Shown here piece by piece: positions 11,909-24,600 of a DNA stretch of 42,843 nucleotides. Both the position numbers and the translations under genes were made by a program. The DNA comes from Ministeria vibrans ATCC 50519 (Eukaryota; Protista; Filasterea): positions 1 through 42,843 of the forward strand of contig CALSCP010002404.1 in NCBI GenBank assembly GCA_943704425.1. The letters are read 5' to 3'. The stretch's first letter is position 1, and each line of letters begins with the position of its first letter. The notes below the pieces were generated by a model. That model saw nothing but the letters and a program-made list of their open reading frames with translations. It searched no databases and had not been told where the DNA came from.

Positions 11909-14900
11909 TTAAACATTGACGGCCGCGGCGTGATAGGCCACAAGTGCCTCGCGATAAAGCTTGCGACGCTCTGCCATGGGATCGCTCTCGGTGGGCTCCT
12001 CCGTCGACGTGATCGTCCCGTTGTCGACAACAAGACGCATGCTTGCGAGAGTCAATTGAATCTGTTCGTGACTCTCGCCCAGTGCGCGCCGTCGCAACAT
12101 CAGTGCCCGTGCAAGGGTGTCAAAAGCTTCGGCGGGACGCTCCATGTCAATGAGACAGTTACCCATGTTGTGCAGCGTGTTGGCTACACTCACCATGGAG
12201 CCGGCCTCGCTGGCAACGCCACAACGCTCCTTCATCTCGAGCGCACTTTGGTGAACACTCAGTGCCTCGGCATACTTTCCTTCGCTCACAAACGCCACAG
12301 CCTGGTTGTTCAACACGCGCGCGAGCAACACGCCCTCGCCCACGGTGCGTCGGTACATCTGGGCCGTCGCCGAGTACATGTTGATGGCGGCTAGCAAAGG
12401 GGTTTCGCGCACAGCGCCACTCGCTGTCGACGCATCCGTCTCGTCCACCTCCACCCGCTCAACAGTCGTCGACTGGACCGCCTCCTCTTGATCATCTTTG
12501 TTGTCGTTGTTGTCGCTGCAAGCGGCAGCGCGTGCCTTTGCTGTCTTGGCCTCCTCGCGCGACATCAAGTAGTAGACGTCACCCAGGCTGTGCATAGTGC
12601 GCGCCACGTCAACGTGCGTGGGGCCGAGCATGCGACGGCGCATGGCCAGCGAGCGCTCCAGCGCTGACATAGCCTCGCTAAAGTTGCCCATGTCCATGCA
12701 GCCCTGGCCATAGCTAAACAGCGTCGCGGCCAACATGAGATTCTGAGCGGCACCGCCCGAGGAGACGCGCCGACGACTCGACATGGAGAGCTTGAACCAG
12801 TCGATGGCCTGCTGGAGTTTGTGCCTGCGCAAGAAAACCCGGCCCATGCGGTAGAGGACGGTGGCGCGCTCGTCTACGGGCAGCGCCACGTTGAGCGCAT
12901 CGTCAAAGGCATCCTTGGCCTCGTCGTAGTGTCCCAGGTCGTAGAGGAGGGTGCCGAGACCGGCGTAGACACGACCCGCCAGGAAGAGCACATGGTTGTC
13001 CTCGTCAGACGAGTCGCCGCTGTACACGGCACCACCAGTAGCACCAGCACTAGCACCAGTGAGCGACGACAGGTCATCGACACTATCGCTGCCACTGCGA
13101 GAGTTGCGATGGTCCTGACGCCCCATGTTGGTGCCATAAATGGTAAGGAGGTGCGCGAGGGTGTCGAGAAGATCGAGAGCACGCGGCTTGTTGTGAGCCG
13201 ACTCGAGGTAGTAGGCAGCAAGTCGCTCAATGAGGACAAGGCTGCGCGCGTCGTACGGCGAAAGGGTTCGCGAGACGGGGTTATGGACGCTGCTGTGAAG
13301 CGCAATGAGGCGCGTACAGAGTTCATCGACCATGAGCACTGCCTCGTCGACAAAGCGACGCATGGTGGGTGGGAAGGCTGCCGCGCGATTGCGCTCTTCG
13401 GGCATAAACTGCCACATGTGTAGAACAATTTCAACGGCAATGCGCAGGGGAACTACACAACGGTGCTCGGAACGTCCGCGTCGCGCTGCCTCGATGTCGT
13501 CCGACGACGCCAACGAAGACGAAGATGTCGCAAGAAGACGATCGTCGTTGGAGTCGACATAATCAACCACAAGCGAGTGAACGTGAAGGCGACTGCCAGA
13601 CGCGTCCAGGTTGACAATGCCCATGCCAAGAAGTTGATCGAGGGACTGGTGAACGGGCTGGGCGAGACGGATGGGAAAGGTGGGGTCGTCGGCGCACTCG
13701 ATCCACTCAATGGGAACGCCGTGAGCGGTGGCGGAGGAGCCAAAGGCGGTGATGACGCCAAGAAGTTCATAGGAGGCGTGGGTGAGCATGGCAGACTGGA
13801 TGACGATGGCAAGAAGACGCGAGAAGGGCACAGCGGGGGAGTCGGGGACAAAGGAGGGCATGCGACGGAGCAGTTCGGGGATGTTGAGACGAGCTCGGGC
13901 GCGCAGAACGGCACCGGCAATGCTGATGACAAGCGGGTGACCCCTCATATGACTGGTGGTGAGAACGGCGAGCTGAGCAAGCTCGAGCTGGCGACCACTC
14001 TTAAGACGCATAAGGGTGGTTGAGTCCGAGGCGTTCATGGTGGGAACGGCAAGCGTGGCAAGCGGGCTCGGGTAGAAACGAGTGGGCTCGAGCGAGTGGG
14101 TGGTGACAATGACGAGGCCGTCGTTGCTGAGGGACGCCTGGTGGGGCACGAGCGAGCGCAGGAGCACGCCGCTGCTAAGGTCATCGACAACGACCACCCA
14201 GTTGCGACGGACGGAGAAGAGTCGTTCGTTGACAAAGGGAAAGAGGGCGTCGAGGCGGAGGGTGCGAATGAGGGGTTCGAGGGCCGGCTGGAGGGTGATT
14301 GCAATAGCGCGAAGGTCCTGCTCGACGAGCTCAGTGGACGCGGCGTTGATCCAGAACACTTGCGTGTCATGCTCGTTGCGCAGGTCTATTGCAATGCGTG
14401 CGGCCAGCGTGGACTTGCCGACACCCGACGGCCCATAGAGCGACAGGAGACGGGGCGACGAGGCAACGCGAGCGGCGGGCGACAGGTCAATGAGGTCAAC
14501 AAGGGAGTCAAGGAGCGACTCGCGACCGACAAAGGACTCTTCGACAAGGGACTCAAGGCAGGCCGGGATGGGTGCGGCATCAGCGGCGTCGGTAAAAAAG
14601 TGGACGCCGCATGAGGAGGTGACCGACTTGCGCAAGTTGGACGCACTCGATTCAACGTTGCGGCGGCGGCTACCGTCTGCCATGCCACTATCGTCGCTCG
14701 TGCTGCGGTGGACGGAGCCGAGCGAACTGAAGAGAGACGATTCGGAGAGAACCTCGTAGGGAATGCTGCGCTCGACACGGTGAAGCGCGATCTCAATGTC
14801 ACGGGCAGTGCGCCAGATGGAACGCAGACCGGTGCGAACGGTGCGCAGGTCGGAGACAAGTTGCTGAAGAAGTTGCTGCGCAATGAGAAGATCCTCTTCT

Positions 14901-16508
14901 TCGGGCGTGAGGGAGGACATGGAAGGTAGGGCAGGTGGCAGCGACGTCGAAGAAGTGTGGTTGGTCTCGGCGGTGGCGCGGCCGCCTCTGTCGTCGCCGT
15001 CGTCGCCGTCGTCGTCATCATCGTCGTCGTCGCCGTGAGTGGTGGAGGGTGGCAAGGCCTCCATGGAAGAGTCAATGGAGCGGGACACTTCGAGCGACAG
15101 GCACGCAACCTGTTCATGCACATGGGAGACTTTGGCAGCAAGTTTGCGTCGTATCAAGGGTGGCGCCGCCGAGGAGGAGGTGGTGGAGGAAGAAGAAGAT
15201 GTCGTGGAGGGGGCGGCGGCGTCGGCGGCGAGTGACGAAGTCGTCGATTGTTCGAGGAAGAGCGTCTCATGGCTGGAGGCAATGCTCGGAGACGCAGGAG
15301 GAGAAGAATGAGAAGAAACGCGGGTGGTAGAATTATTATTGGAAATAGACGCGGTGCGACGGCTGCGGGCGTTCGCTTGGGCTTGGGAGACGTCGTGACG
15401 GGCGGCAATGACGAGCGACTGGAGCGACGTGAAGAACTCGTCAAAGGCACGCAGCATGGCCATTTGATGAGCGTGGAAACGATTCATTTCGCTGACCCAA
15501 GCATCCATAGCGGCCGTCTTTATGTCAATGGTGCAGGTGATGTTCTTCAGGCGCGACGATGAGAGGGACGCCAAGGAGGTGGTGTCGTCGGGAGGGGCGC
15601 CCATGTCGAGGGAGGTGTCTGACGGAGCAGGCACCAACGGGTTGAATTGCGAGGTGTACGAGGAGACGGTGGAGATCGAGGAGACGGGAGCGTTCTTGTC
15701 GCGAGCGGTCGCGGAAGGGTTGGAGGAGGAGGAGGAGGAGGAGGCGGGCCGGGTGAGCGAGTGGTCGGCGAGTGCACGGCGTGCGCGGATGCAGAGGACG
15801 CGGAAGCGCTTGAGGTCGTCGGAGTGGACGGAGCGCACGAGGCGGTGTGCCCAGATGCTCTTGTAGGCGTCGTGGAGGTCGCGCAGGGCGCTGCGGACGC
15901 CAAGCGCGAAGACAGTGCAGTGGACAAAGAAGGAGAGCAGAAGCGACAGCGTCGCCTGGCCGGGCGTGTGCTCCTCGCGAGGGATGGGCGACAGCGTTTT
16001 CATGTAGAGCTTTGCAATCTCCCATGGAACCGTTGCCCACAGTCGCGGGTTGCTAAGTGAGAAGTTGTGTTTTGTTATAATAACTATTATTATTATTATT
16101 ATTGTTTTTTTTTTCTGAGTTGGTTTTTGAAAAAGGCAAAACGAACATTGCAGGTTGGAAGGTAAAGGGAGAGAGAGAGAGAGAGGGAGAAAGAGGAGAA
16201 GGGACGTGCCTGTTGGAGAGGGACGTCTCGTCGATGCGGCTGGTGTGGAAGTGGTCAAGCAGACTGATGACTTTGCGACAGTGCGCACAGAGCTTGGAGG
16301 CGCGCGCGAGCACGGAGGCGCCGCCGAACGTGGCTGCCGTGGTGCATTTGCCGCATGCGAGAGAGCGGACCTGGGCGCGCTCGGCGATGAAGACGACGGC
16401 GGAGTTTGCATGGGCGCACAGCAGTGGCGAGAGACTGCCGACCAGGCGCCAGCACTGCTCCCAGTTGGCGCTCTCCGAGGCGGAGCCTGCCGGGGGTCGG
16501 TGCGCCAT
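11909..16508 (-). CDS. NLR-like STAND protein: CXorf38/DUF4559-like N-terminal domain, NB-ARC NTPase, TPRs (exons 16508-16210, 16052-11909)
   Basis: FVGRESLL; Walker A GPSGVGKST; Walker B WVVVVDDL; VIVTT; GHPLVI (GLPL-like); LHVHSLV (MHD-like); kinesin-light-chain-type TPRs (LGPTHVDVARTMHSLG, VANTLHNMG). The upstream exon joins via a phase-2 GC-AG intron. Confidence 0.85.
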
Positions 16509-16833
16509 AGAGAAAGAGAGTGTGCACAGTAGATATTAACAATAATGAAATATTTAATATGAATATCTGTTTGCAGTCATAGAAGAGTCAGTCACATTTC
16601 TGTGTATCTTGAGACATAATTTCACAGGAACCAAAGTTGAGACTTCCCATAGTGAATGGGTGGCAGTAACACACAGTCATGCCACAGATAGCGGGTAGAA
16701 TGGCACGGTGACCGTCTGTCTGTTAATGTTGACGTTTGTGTGAATAGAATTGTCAACAGTCAAAATTCATTCATTGTTGCGTTAAGAATACAGAGCATAA
16801 TAATAAATAATCAGTTTTTTTTCTTGTTGCGTC

Positions 16834-18721
16834 ATGTCACAGCTCTCCATTGGTATCAGACGCACTTTTTTCTGGTCATTTCCGATGAAATTGTCCTTAT
16901 CCATCGTTTGCGAAAACCCCCCCCCCCTCATCTTCCATCTCCTGCTGTGTAGCTATTGCGGCGGCAAACGAGGATGCGACGCACGCAAAGTACCTGCAGG
17001 ACCCTGTACATGGCATCATCTCGATGTCGCCGCTCATCTCGCAGTGCATCGACACGCCGCAGTTTCAACGGCTGCGCGACTTGAAACAGGTTCGCACGCA
17101 CGCACGCCCTCGCTGCTGCTGCCGCTGCGTGTGCCAGCACTGCCATCGGGGCGACGCGTCTGGAGTCTTTCTGTAGAGAGAGAAAGAGAAAGAGGGAGAG
17201 AGAGAGAGAGAGGGAGAGAGTTCTGGTTAAGCGCGCGTCTTTGGTTTGATGTGTTGTGGTCTATCTGTTTAATGTTCGTCGATCAGTGAGACGTATGATT
17301 TTATTACCTGTGTGGTGTGGCGTCGTCTGATGTGTCATGTTTGTGTTGTGACGTCGTCTGATGTGTCATGTTTGTGTTGTGGTCTCTCTTTCGACCTTCA
17401 ATGTTACGTCGATCAGTGAGGCGTATTGTTAGATGACCTGTGATGGTTTCGTCGGAGTGATTGTTTTTGGTTTTGATTCGATTTGAAGGGTTGATTTTGA
17501 GTTTGATTTGGGTTGGTCAAACCATATTTGTTTCGCAATGTTTCTTTGGGTTGTCTCAATTGAATTGTGAGTGGGTCGCAATGCGGTCGCTTTGCGCGAA
17601 CTGCTTGTTGTCTGATCAATATGATCTTTGTGTGTGCTTGTGGACCGACGGACCCGTCATTGCGACACGCTCATAATTGTGCGTCCCCTGTTTCAACCCT
17701 TCTACAACTAATGTGTGTCTTTGAATTGTTTTCTTTTTGTCAGCTTGGCATGACTTACTACATATTTCCCGGCGCGACCCACAACCGGTTTGAGCACTCC
17801 ATCGGAGTCGCTCACTTGGCCAAAACTTGGATGGAAATTCTCAAGGTACAACTCTTTTCGTATGTATGTGTCTGAGTGGGTTTGTCTCTCTGTTTTGTTC
17901 AAGAGTGTGTGGTGTGTGTTGTTTTCAATTTGTGGTTTTTGGGGTTTGGTTGAGTTTGCGACTGTGATTAGTTGTTTCATTGAATTGATTCGTTTTCGGT
18001 CGTTTGTGCTTTACAGTTGGTTTGAGACCATTCTGTTTGACTGGCTCGTTGTTACGAGCCTTTGTTTGTTTGTGAGTGGTTTACTCGTGTTTGTATTGTG
18101 TGTTGTGCGTATCAGTCAATTGCTGTTGAATATGCGTGCCTCGTTTTTCTATGTCGATTCACTTTTGTTTTTGTCGCATCACTTGTCTTAGGCAAAGCAG
18201 CCGGAGATTGACATAAACGCACGCGACATTGAGTTGGTGACGTTGGCGGGACTATGTCATGATCTGGGACACGGGCCCTACTCACATGTGTTTGATGGCA
18301 AGTTTATGCCTAGAGTGCGACCAGAGGTGCGCACAACACCGTTCCATTTACACAGAATACTGAAAGGATTTTGCGTCTGTAGCACAAATGGTCACACGAG
18401 AACTGGAGTGAGATGATGCTGGACTATTTGGTGAATGACAATGGCATTGACATTGACACGGATGATCTCAAGTAGAAACTGTATCAAGGCGAAAGATGTA
18501 TCAAACTGCTCCTCTTTTGTGTTAGGTTTGTCAAGTCATTGATTCAGGGGAAAAAACCACTGGACACGTCGCAACAGGAAAAGCGCTTTTTGTATGATAT
18601 TGTGAGCAATGAGCGGAATTCCATTGATGTGGACAAGTGGGATTATCTGGCAAGAGACTGTCTCAATGTTGGGATGAAAACAAGTATGCAACAAGGAAAT
18701 TGTTTGGGGTGTATGTATGTT

Positions 18722-18755
<34 letters not shown>

Positions 18756-20371
18756 CATGTTGATATTGATTTTTTGTGTGATATTTATTGTGAGCTGGGC
18801 TCTTCTGTTCCAGTTTTGTGTCAATGTGTGTTGCAGTCCCAGTCTCACTATTTATTTTGTCGTACTGTTTATTTGTTGTACGTTCATTCTACATTTGGAA
18901 AAATTCTCTTGAACATATTTGGAGTTTGTGAGTATCAATGAGGCTGTGTTTGTGGTTGTTGGTACTCTTGATGTTTTGAATAATCATTATTTTTCCACCT
19001 TGGTATATTGTTTGACGGCCAATAAAATATAAATGTGTGTGTGCGATTTTATTATTTGTATTGGGTGTGTAACTTTGTCTCTGTGTGCGTTTGTGTGTGT
19101 TTGTTTGCTTCCCCTCAGACTACGACTGTACGCGTCTGCTCAACTGGAGTCGTGTCATCGACGATGAAATCTGCTTTGCCGACAAGGAAGCATTCAACAT
19201 CTACGAGATGCTTCACACTCGCTATTCCATGTTCAAGCGTGTGTACACACACAGAGTGGGTCAGGTAAAAAAGAAGAGATACACGAGACGAGAATGCTTG
19301 TGTGTGTATGTGGATAAAAGAAGGACAGAGAGAGAGAGAGAGTGGAGGGTGAGAGAGAGTGTGTGGAGGGTGAGAGAGAGTGAGAGAGATAGAGAGGAGG
19401 GAGAAAGAAAAAGTGATAGAGACAGAGAGAAAAACAAAGTGATAGAGAGAAGGAAAGTGGGGTAAATTTGTGGCATGGTGATGTGTGCTGACTGAGTCTG
19501 TGCTCAGGCAATGTCACGCTTGTGCTGATGCTAACACATTATGTGACGGCGTTTGTGGGGTTTGCTTTTTATTCAAATGTTCGAATGGTGACCAACATGT
19601 CGGTTCTGACCCTTAAAAATATGATTCTTAAATTTATGAATAGGCCATGGAGCACATGGTTGTGGATGTGCTGACACATGCGGACGAGGCCATGGGCATC
19701 AGTGCATCTGTGGATGATCCTGCTCAGTTTATGAATATGACCGATTGTTTGTTGCGTGACATTGAGCGCAGTACCGTAAGTAGAGGGAACATGTATAATT
19801 TAGTATGTTTTTCAAGTCAGTGTATTGGTAGTACATTGTACATTGCTGTGATTATCAGGTTGTTGGTTTTGGATTCACAATCCCACCGGGCAGTTGTTTA
19901 TACTTGTGATTTTAAATTATTCTATCTCGTAATTCAGCCAACTTGTATTAATGCTTTGTTCGCTGGCATTTTGTGTTTTAGAGTGACAACCTCGCTTCCG
20001 CACGCGACCTCACGCGCCGCATCCGCACTCGTCAGCTCTATCGTCTTGTCGACGAATACCCCATTGAGCAGAATGTACGCCACTCACTTCAACGTAGTCA
20101 GGTCACTCCCGAAAAGATTGCCAGTTTCTCGTCTTCGGGCGAGCTTGACGCCAAGGACATTATTGTCGACTGGTCTTGCATTCACTTTGGTACTCCTTTT
20201 TTTTTTTTTGTTGTGTTTTTGTGTGTGACAAAAACTGTGTTTGGTGTCCCATGCGTAAGACTATGTGTTTTTTATGTACAGTACGTCCAGCGCACACTTG
20301 TTATTTTTTTGATGAGCACACACTAATTTAATTAATAATAATAATTATTATTATTATTCTTTTTCTTATTC

Positions 20372-20427
<56 letters not shown>

Positions 20428-20962
20428 ATAATATTTTCTGTAATAATATTATTAATGCTAATGATTTTTGTTTTTGTAGGTCTCAGCGACGGAAGTAATC
20501 CCCTCGCACACACTCGCTTCTTTTCTCGTTGGGATCCTTCCGAAGCTTACCACATTGATCCAATGCGCGTCTCTCATTTGCTGCCCAATCAGTTTCGTGA
20601 GGACTTTGTGCGTATCTATGTGCGCGACGCCGATCTCATGTACGACGCGCAAAATGCTTTCAGGCGCTTCAAAAAGGCCGTGCTGCCCACTACGTCATCA
20701 TCTCAAATTGATAATCAGTACGATAAAAATTGACAAACAACAAAACAAGGTGTGGTTGACACGGCAGAATGTGTGTAGGGGCTTGACCATGCCTTCAAGG
20801 GACGCGTCGCCTCGGAAGGGCACTCTTTCCACTCTGGGAATGGAGTCGCCCAGTCACCGCAAGAGACGTCGCATTCAGTTTGAGGAAGGCCCGTCGACAA
20901 GTGCGCTCAATGCCGCCTCGCCTGCTCCCTCGGATGCGCAGTACAGTGATTTGGAGTTGTGA
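16834..20962 (+). CDS. SAMHD1: SAMHD1-like HD-domain dNTP triphosphohydrolase without SAM domain (about 11 exons)
   Basis: Spliced motifs [19 protein letters not shown]|[72 protein letters not shown]; all junctions are GT-AG and in frame. Confidence 0.95.
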
Positions 20963-21619
20963 TTTCTTTTTCTTTTTTCTTTTTGAACATAATAATAAAA
21001 CATTAATAGAACATAGCAGAGATACTATTGGTTGAAATTGGCTGTTTAATAATACTAATAATAATAATAATTATTAACAATATTATTCTTATCGTGAGTT
21101 AATGTATTTTAATTATTGTTATAATTGTATTCTTCTGAAAAATTCTTCTTCTTTGCATTCATTTGGTAAATTTTATTGTTATTATAATTTATTATAATCT
21201 TCTTACAGCTCTCGATTCTCTATTTATTTTCCTATTATAACCTTCTTCTAATTTAGCAGTTGCACGTCTCTTCTTTATTACAGATCGGCTAATGATCAGC
21301 ACTTTAATACATAAATGGATTGTACATTATTCTTCTATCAATACATTCGATTTCACAGCTCTTAAACCCGAGTTGCAATATTAATTGTCAAGTAAATAGG
21401 GCTGTAAGGATCAATGTTAACTCAGCGCTTTGATTCTTGTGAATTCTGTCTATCTAATAACAGAATTGCTTTGCACTCATGATGACATGGCTTTACTTGA
21501 GAATTTGAAATCGTATAAAAATTATTGCAAATCTTGGTTACATCAGACGCGCACCCTCAGACCCTCTGCGATTTGTTAAATCCAACAAGAGACTTTCCCT
21601 TCATTCTTTTCTACTCACT

Positions 21620-24600
21620 ATGCACGACCTCTCCATTACCTTTCAGCATCGCCCAGATGCCCCGTGGCTTGGTACTCGCGCTCAAGTGCGTGCTTCGCGC
21701 CAAAATGATCAGCGGAGTGCGCCCGCTCGCGTTCTCCTCGTCCTCGACCGATCCGGCTCCATGGCCGGTAGTTGTTATGGCGGTCAAGACCTGTGGCATG
21801 AAGTGCAGCAGGCCGTGATTGGCGTTCTTGACCAGGGCCTCAAGTGTGACGTCGTCACGTACAACGACTCCGTCAAGGAGCTTTCCGATCCCCGCGGCAT
21901 TTACAACCTCAGCGCGCAATGCATGACCAATTTCGCGGCCGCCTTTGACTACGTCAAGACCTACAGCAACACTCACGTGAACGTGCCCGTCGTTGTCGGT
22001 CAGTTAGAAAATTCTTGCACTGAATATTGAATCAAAAGAATAATTATTATAAGAATTATAATAATAATTTTTAATCATTTCTAATTTTTCTCAGTCTTCC
22101 TCACGGACGGATGCCATACAAGCAGTGTGAAGGAGGCGCCAGCGCGCCAGCGCCTACAACTTGCCATTAGTATGCGCCAGGCCCCCATCACCATCCACGC
22201 CATTGGATTTGGTGCGCAACACGACTTTTCGCTGTTGGAAAAAATTCGCCTTGTGGGTACTTCTCCCGGACTCTTCCAGTACTACAACCAATCGACAGCG
22301 CGAGGCGATGTAAGCCAGAGCAACACGGCGTGCAGCATTCTCATGGAAATGGCGTCGTTTGCGGCGTCGGCCGTTCAGGCGACCGTGTCGATCGGCGCTC
22401 TGCAAGTCCCGTGCGACTTTGAAACGGACGACGACCACTCGACGACGACGTCCGCAACCTTCTGGATTCCGTCGCAGGTTGCAGCTCAGGTTCTGGCAGG
22501 TGAGCTCACGGTTGACGTGTCTACGATGAATCACACGTGCGTCCGTGTGCAGCGGTGCGAGGAGCAGCGCTGCGTCGACATGCACTTCGAGCTGGACGCT
22601 CTCGACTACCAGGCAGACTCGACGGCGACCGCAGCCGACGCCGAGCGTCTCCAGCGTGCCGTGACGTCCCTTCAGGTTCCGCGGGGAAGCTGCGACACTC
22701 GGATATCGCGCGAGGCACGCGCTGAGTGGGATGACAAGCGACGACAGCTGCAGGCAAAGCTGGACGAATTCCACGCGACCCTCGCGAGTGCCGCACGCAG
22801 CCAGCTGAACTCAGTGGACACCATTGCACGCCTGCGTTCACTTCAGTTTAGTGGACGACTCTCCAAGGCGCGGCGTCAGCGTGCAATGGACCGGCGCACC
22901 ACGGCGAACACTCGCTCGTTGATGGGCCTGGATGCGCGCCTCAAGACGCTCGCCGAGGGCTACGTGTCGTGTGACGATGCGGACCTGCAGCGCGAGCAGG
23001 CACAGTGGGAAGCACAGCAGCGTGATCTCACGTGCATGTTCTCGACTGACTCGGTGGCCAATGTGCTTGACGAGACAAGCGACAACTTTCTGGGCTTTGG
23101 CATTGTCATCGAGCGTCCAGAGCACGCCATTGACGACCCCACAATGGTTCGCGTGCTCTCCGTCTCGTCGACAATTCTCTCGTGGGCTTCCTTCCAGGAT
23201 GCGGCCGCCTACCACCAGCGATGTGGCGGTGTGCGCGTTGCTGGCGGCTTCTCGCGCGCTGATGGTGGGAGTAAAGCTGGCGCCTCTGTGCACGCGCCCA
23301 CAACGGTGCTCGAGGGCATGGCCAAGGAGCCCATCAATGCCATTCTGCCGGTGTACGCCTGTGCCAAGCACCAGGAGCGTGTCGAAGCGCTTCTCCCGCT
23401 ACTCTGTGGCTCACTCTTTACCCTCAACGAGTCCGCCTACGACCGGCGACAGGTGAGCGCGCTCTTCAGCGTGCTTGCACAGGTGCATGCACTTGTTCGC
23501 GTTGCCAGCAACGACCGTGCGCGTTTCTTTGCCGAACAATTCACTCGCGTGTGTGCCACCATTGACCTGGCAAGTGCGTCGGTGTGTCGCGCTCTTGGCC
23601 TTTCGGGCGACGAGCAGAAGCTGTGCGAGGCGTTTGAGGCGCAGGCGAGCGCCCGCTCCAAGGCATCACTTCCCTCGCTGCACACACTGGCGGGTCACAT
23701 GATTGTGCGAGCATGGCGCGAGCGCAACGTGTGCACGTGGGAGCACGTGGGTGACTGGCTGCTTGACCAGCCCCGGCTGGCGTGCGCTTTTGCTGCCGAA
23801 CTGTTGCGTCGTCGTGCTTCGGCCCTCATGTACCGCTGGGCGACATCTCAGGGCTCGAGCAACACCGCGTCGCCGCCAAAGCCGTTCCAGCAACAGTTGC
23901 GTCAGCTGGTGTACGGCACGTCAACAGCAGCGACTGTGTCGGCGCCGCTGACGGTCTCCCGTGAGCTTGAGCTGGCGCCTCGTGACGATTGGCTTGCCTG
24001 GGCGTACACCGATCCTCCGTTTGCGCCCGAGTGTACTCCTCGAGTGACGCCGACTTCCTTTGTCGAGTACACATCACGTCCCGTTGCCGGCATGGACGAC
24101 GTGGACGACTCGCAGGCGCTTGCTTTGCTATGTGAAGCACTTGGCGTTGCGCCCGGCACCTCGCTTGCCGGGGCAGTGCACATGCCCTTTCGTGCGCCCA
24201 TTGAGCTGTGTCTGGGGGCGACGACGGCCGAAGGGACGGCGCGTGCGGTCGCCGTACAGGCACTGTGTGGCTCGAGCAACAGCGACTATGCGACACTGCT
24301 CGACGTGGGCATGGCGCTCGACGACGCCCGAGACGGATCACAACAGCAGCGTCTGCTTGCGCACCTGGCAACGGGTTTGGACCAGCCGCGGCGATCGCGC
24401 TGGAATACAGCGACAGCAGTGCGTGCCGCTGACGACGTGGCACACGTGTTGCTCTACGAGGTCGAGGGTCTCGAGCGCGACATGACACAGCAAGTGTACT
24501 TTGCGGCGCTGTGCAATGCGCTGCTGCCGACACGTGGCGGTCTGCTCTGGACCCGTTTGGTAGAGGCGCTATTTGACGACGGCGCAGCCGCGGCCGAACT

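Noticed and set aside
16053-16411. N-terminus of the 1500-aa ORF (MQTPPSS...KKKTIIIIII) as the real NLR start
   Set aside because: It reads through a pyrimidine/(TAA)n intron in a different frame from the upstream exon; the 16508 ATG frame yields the motif-bearing domain.
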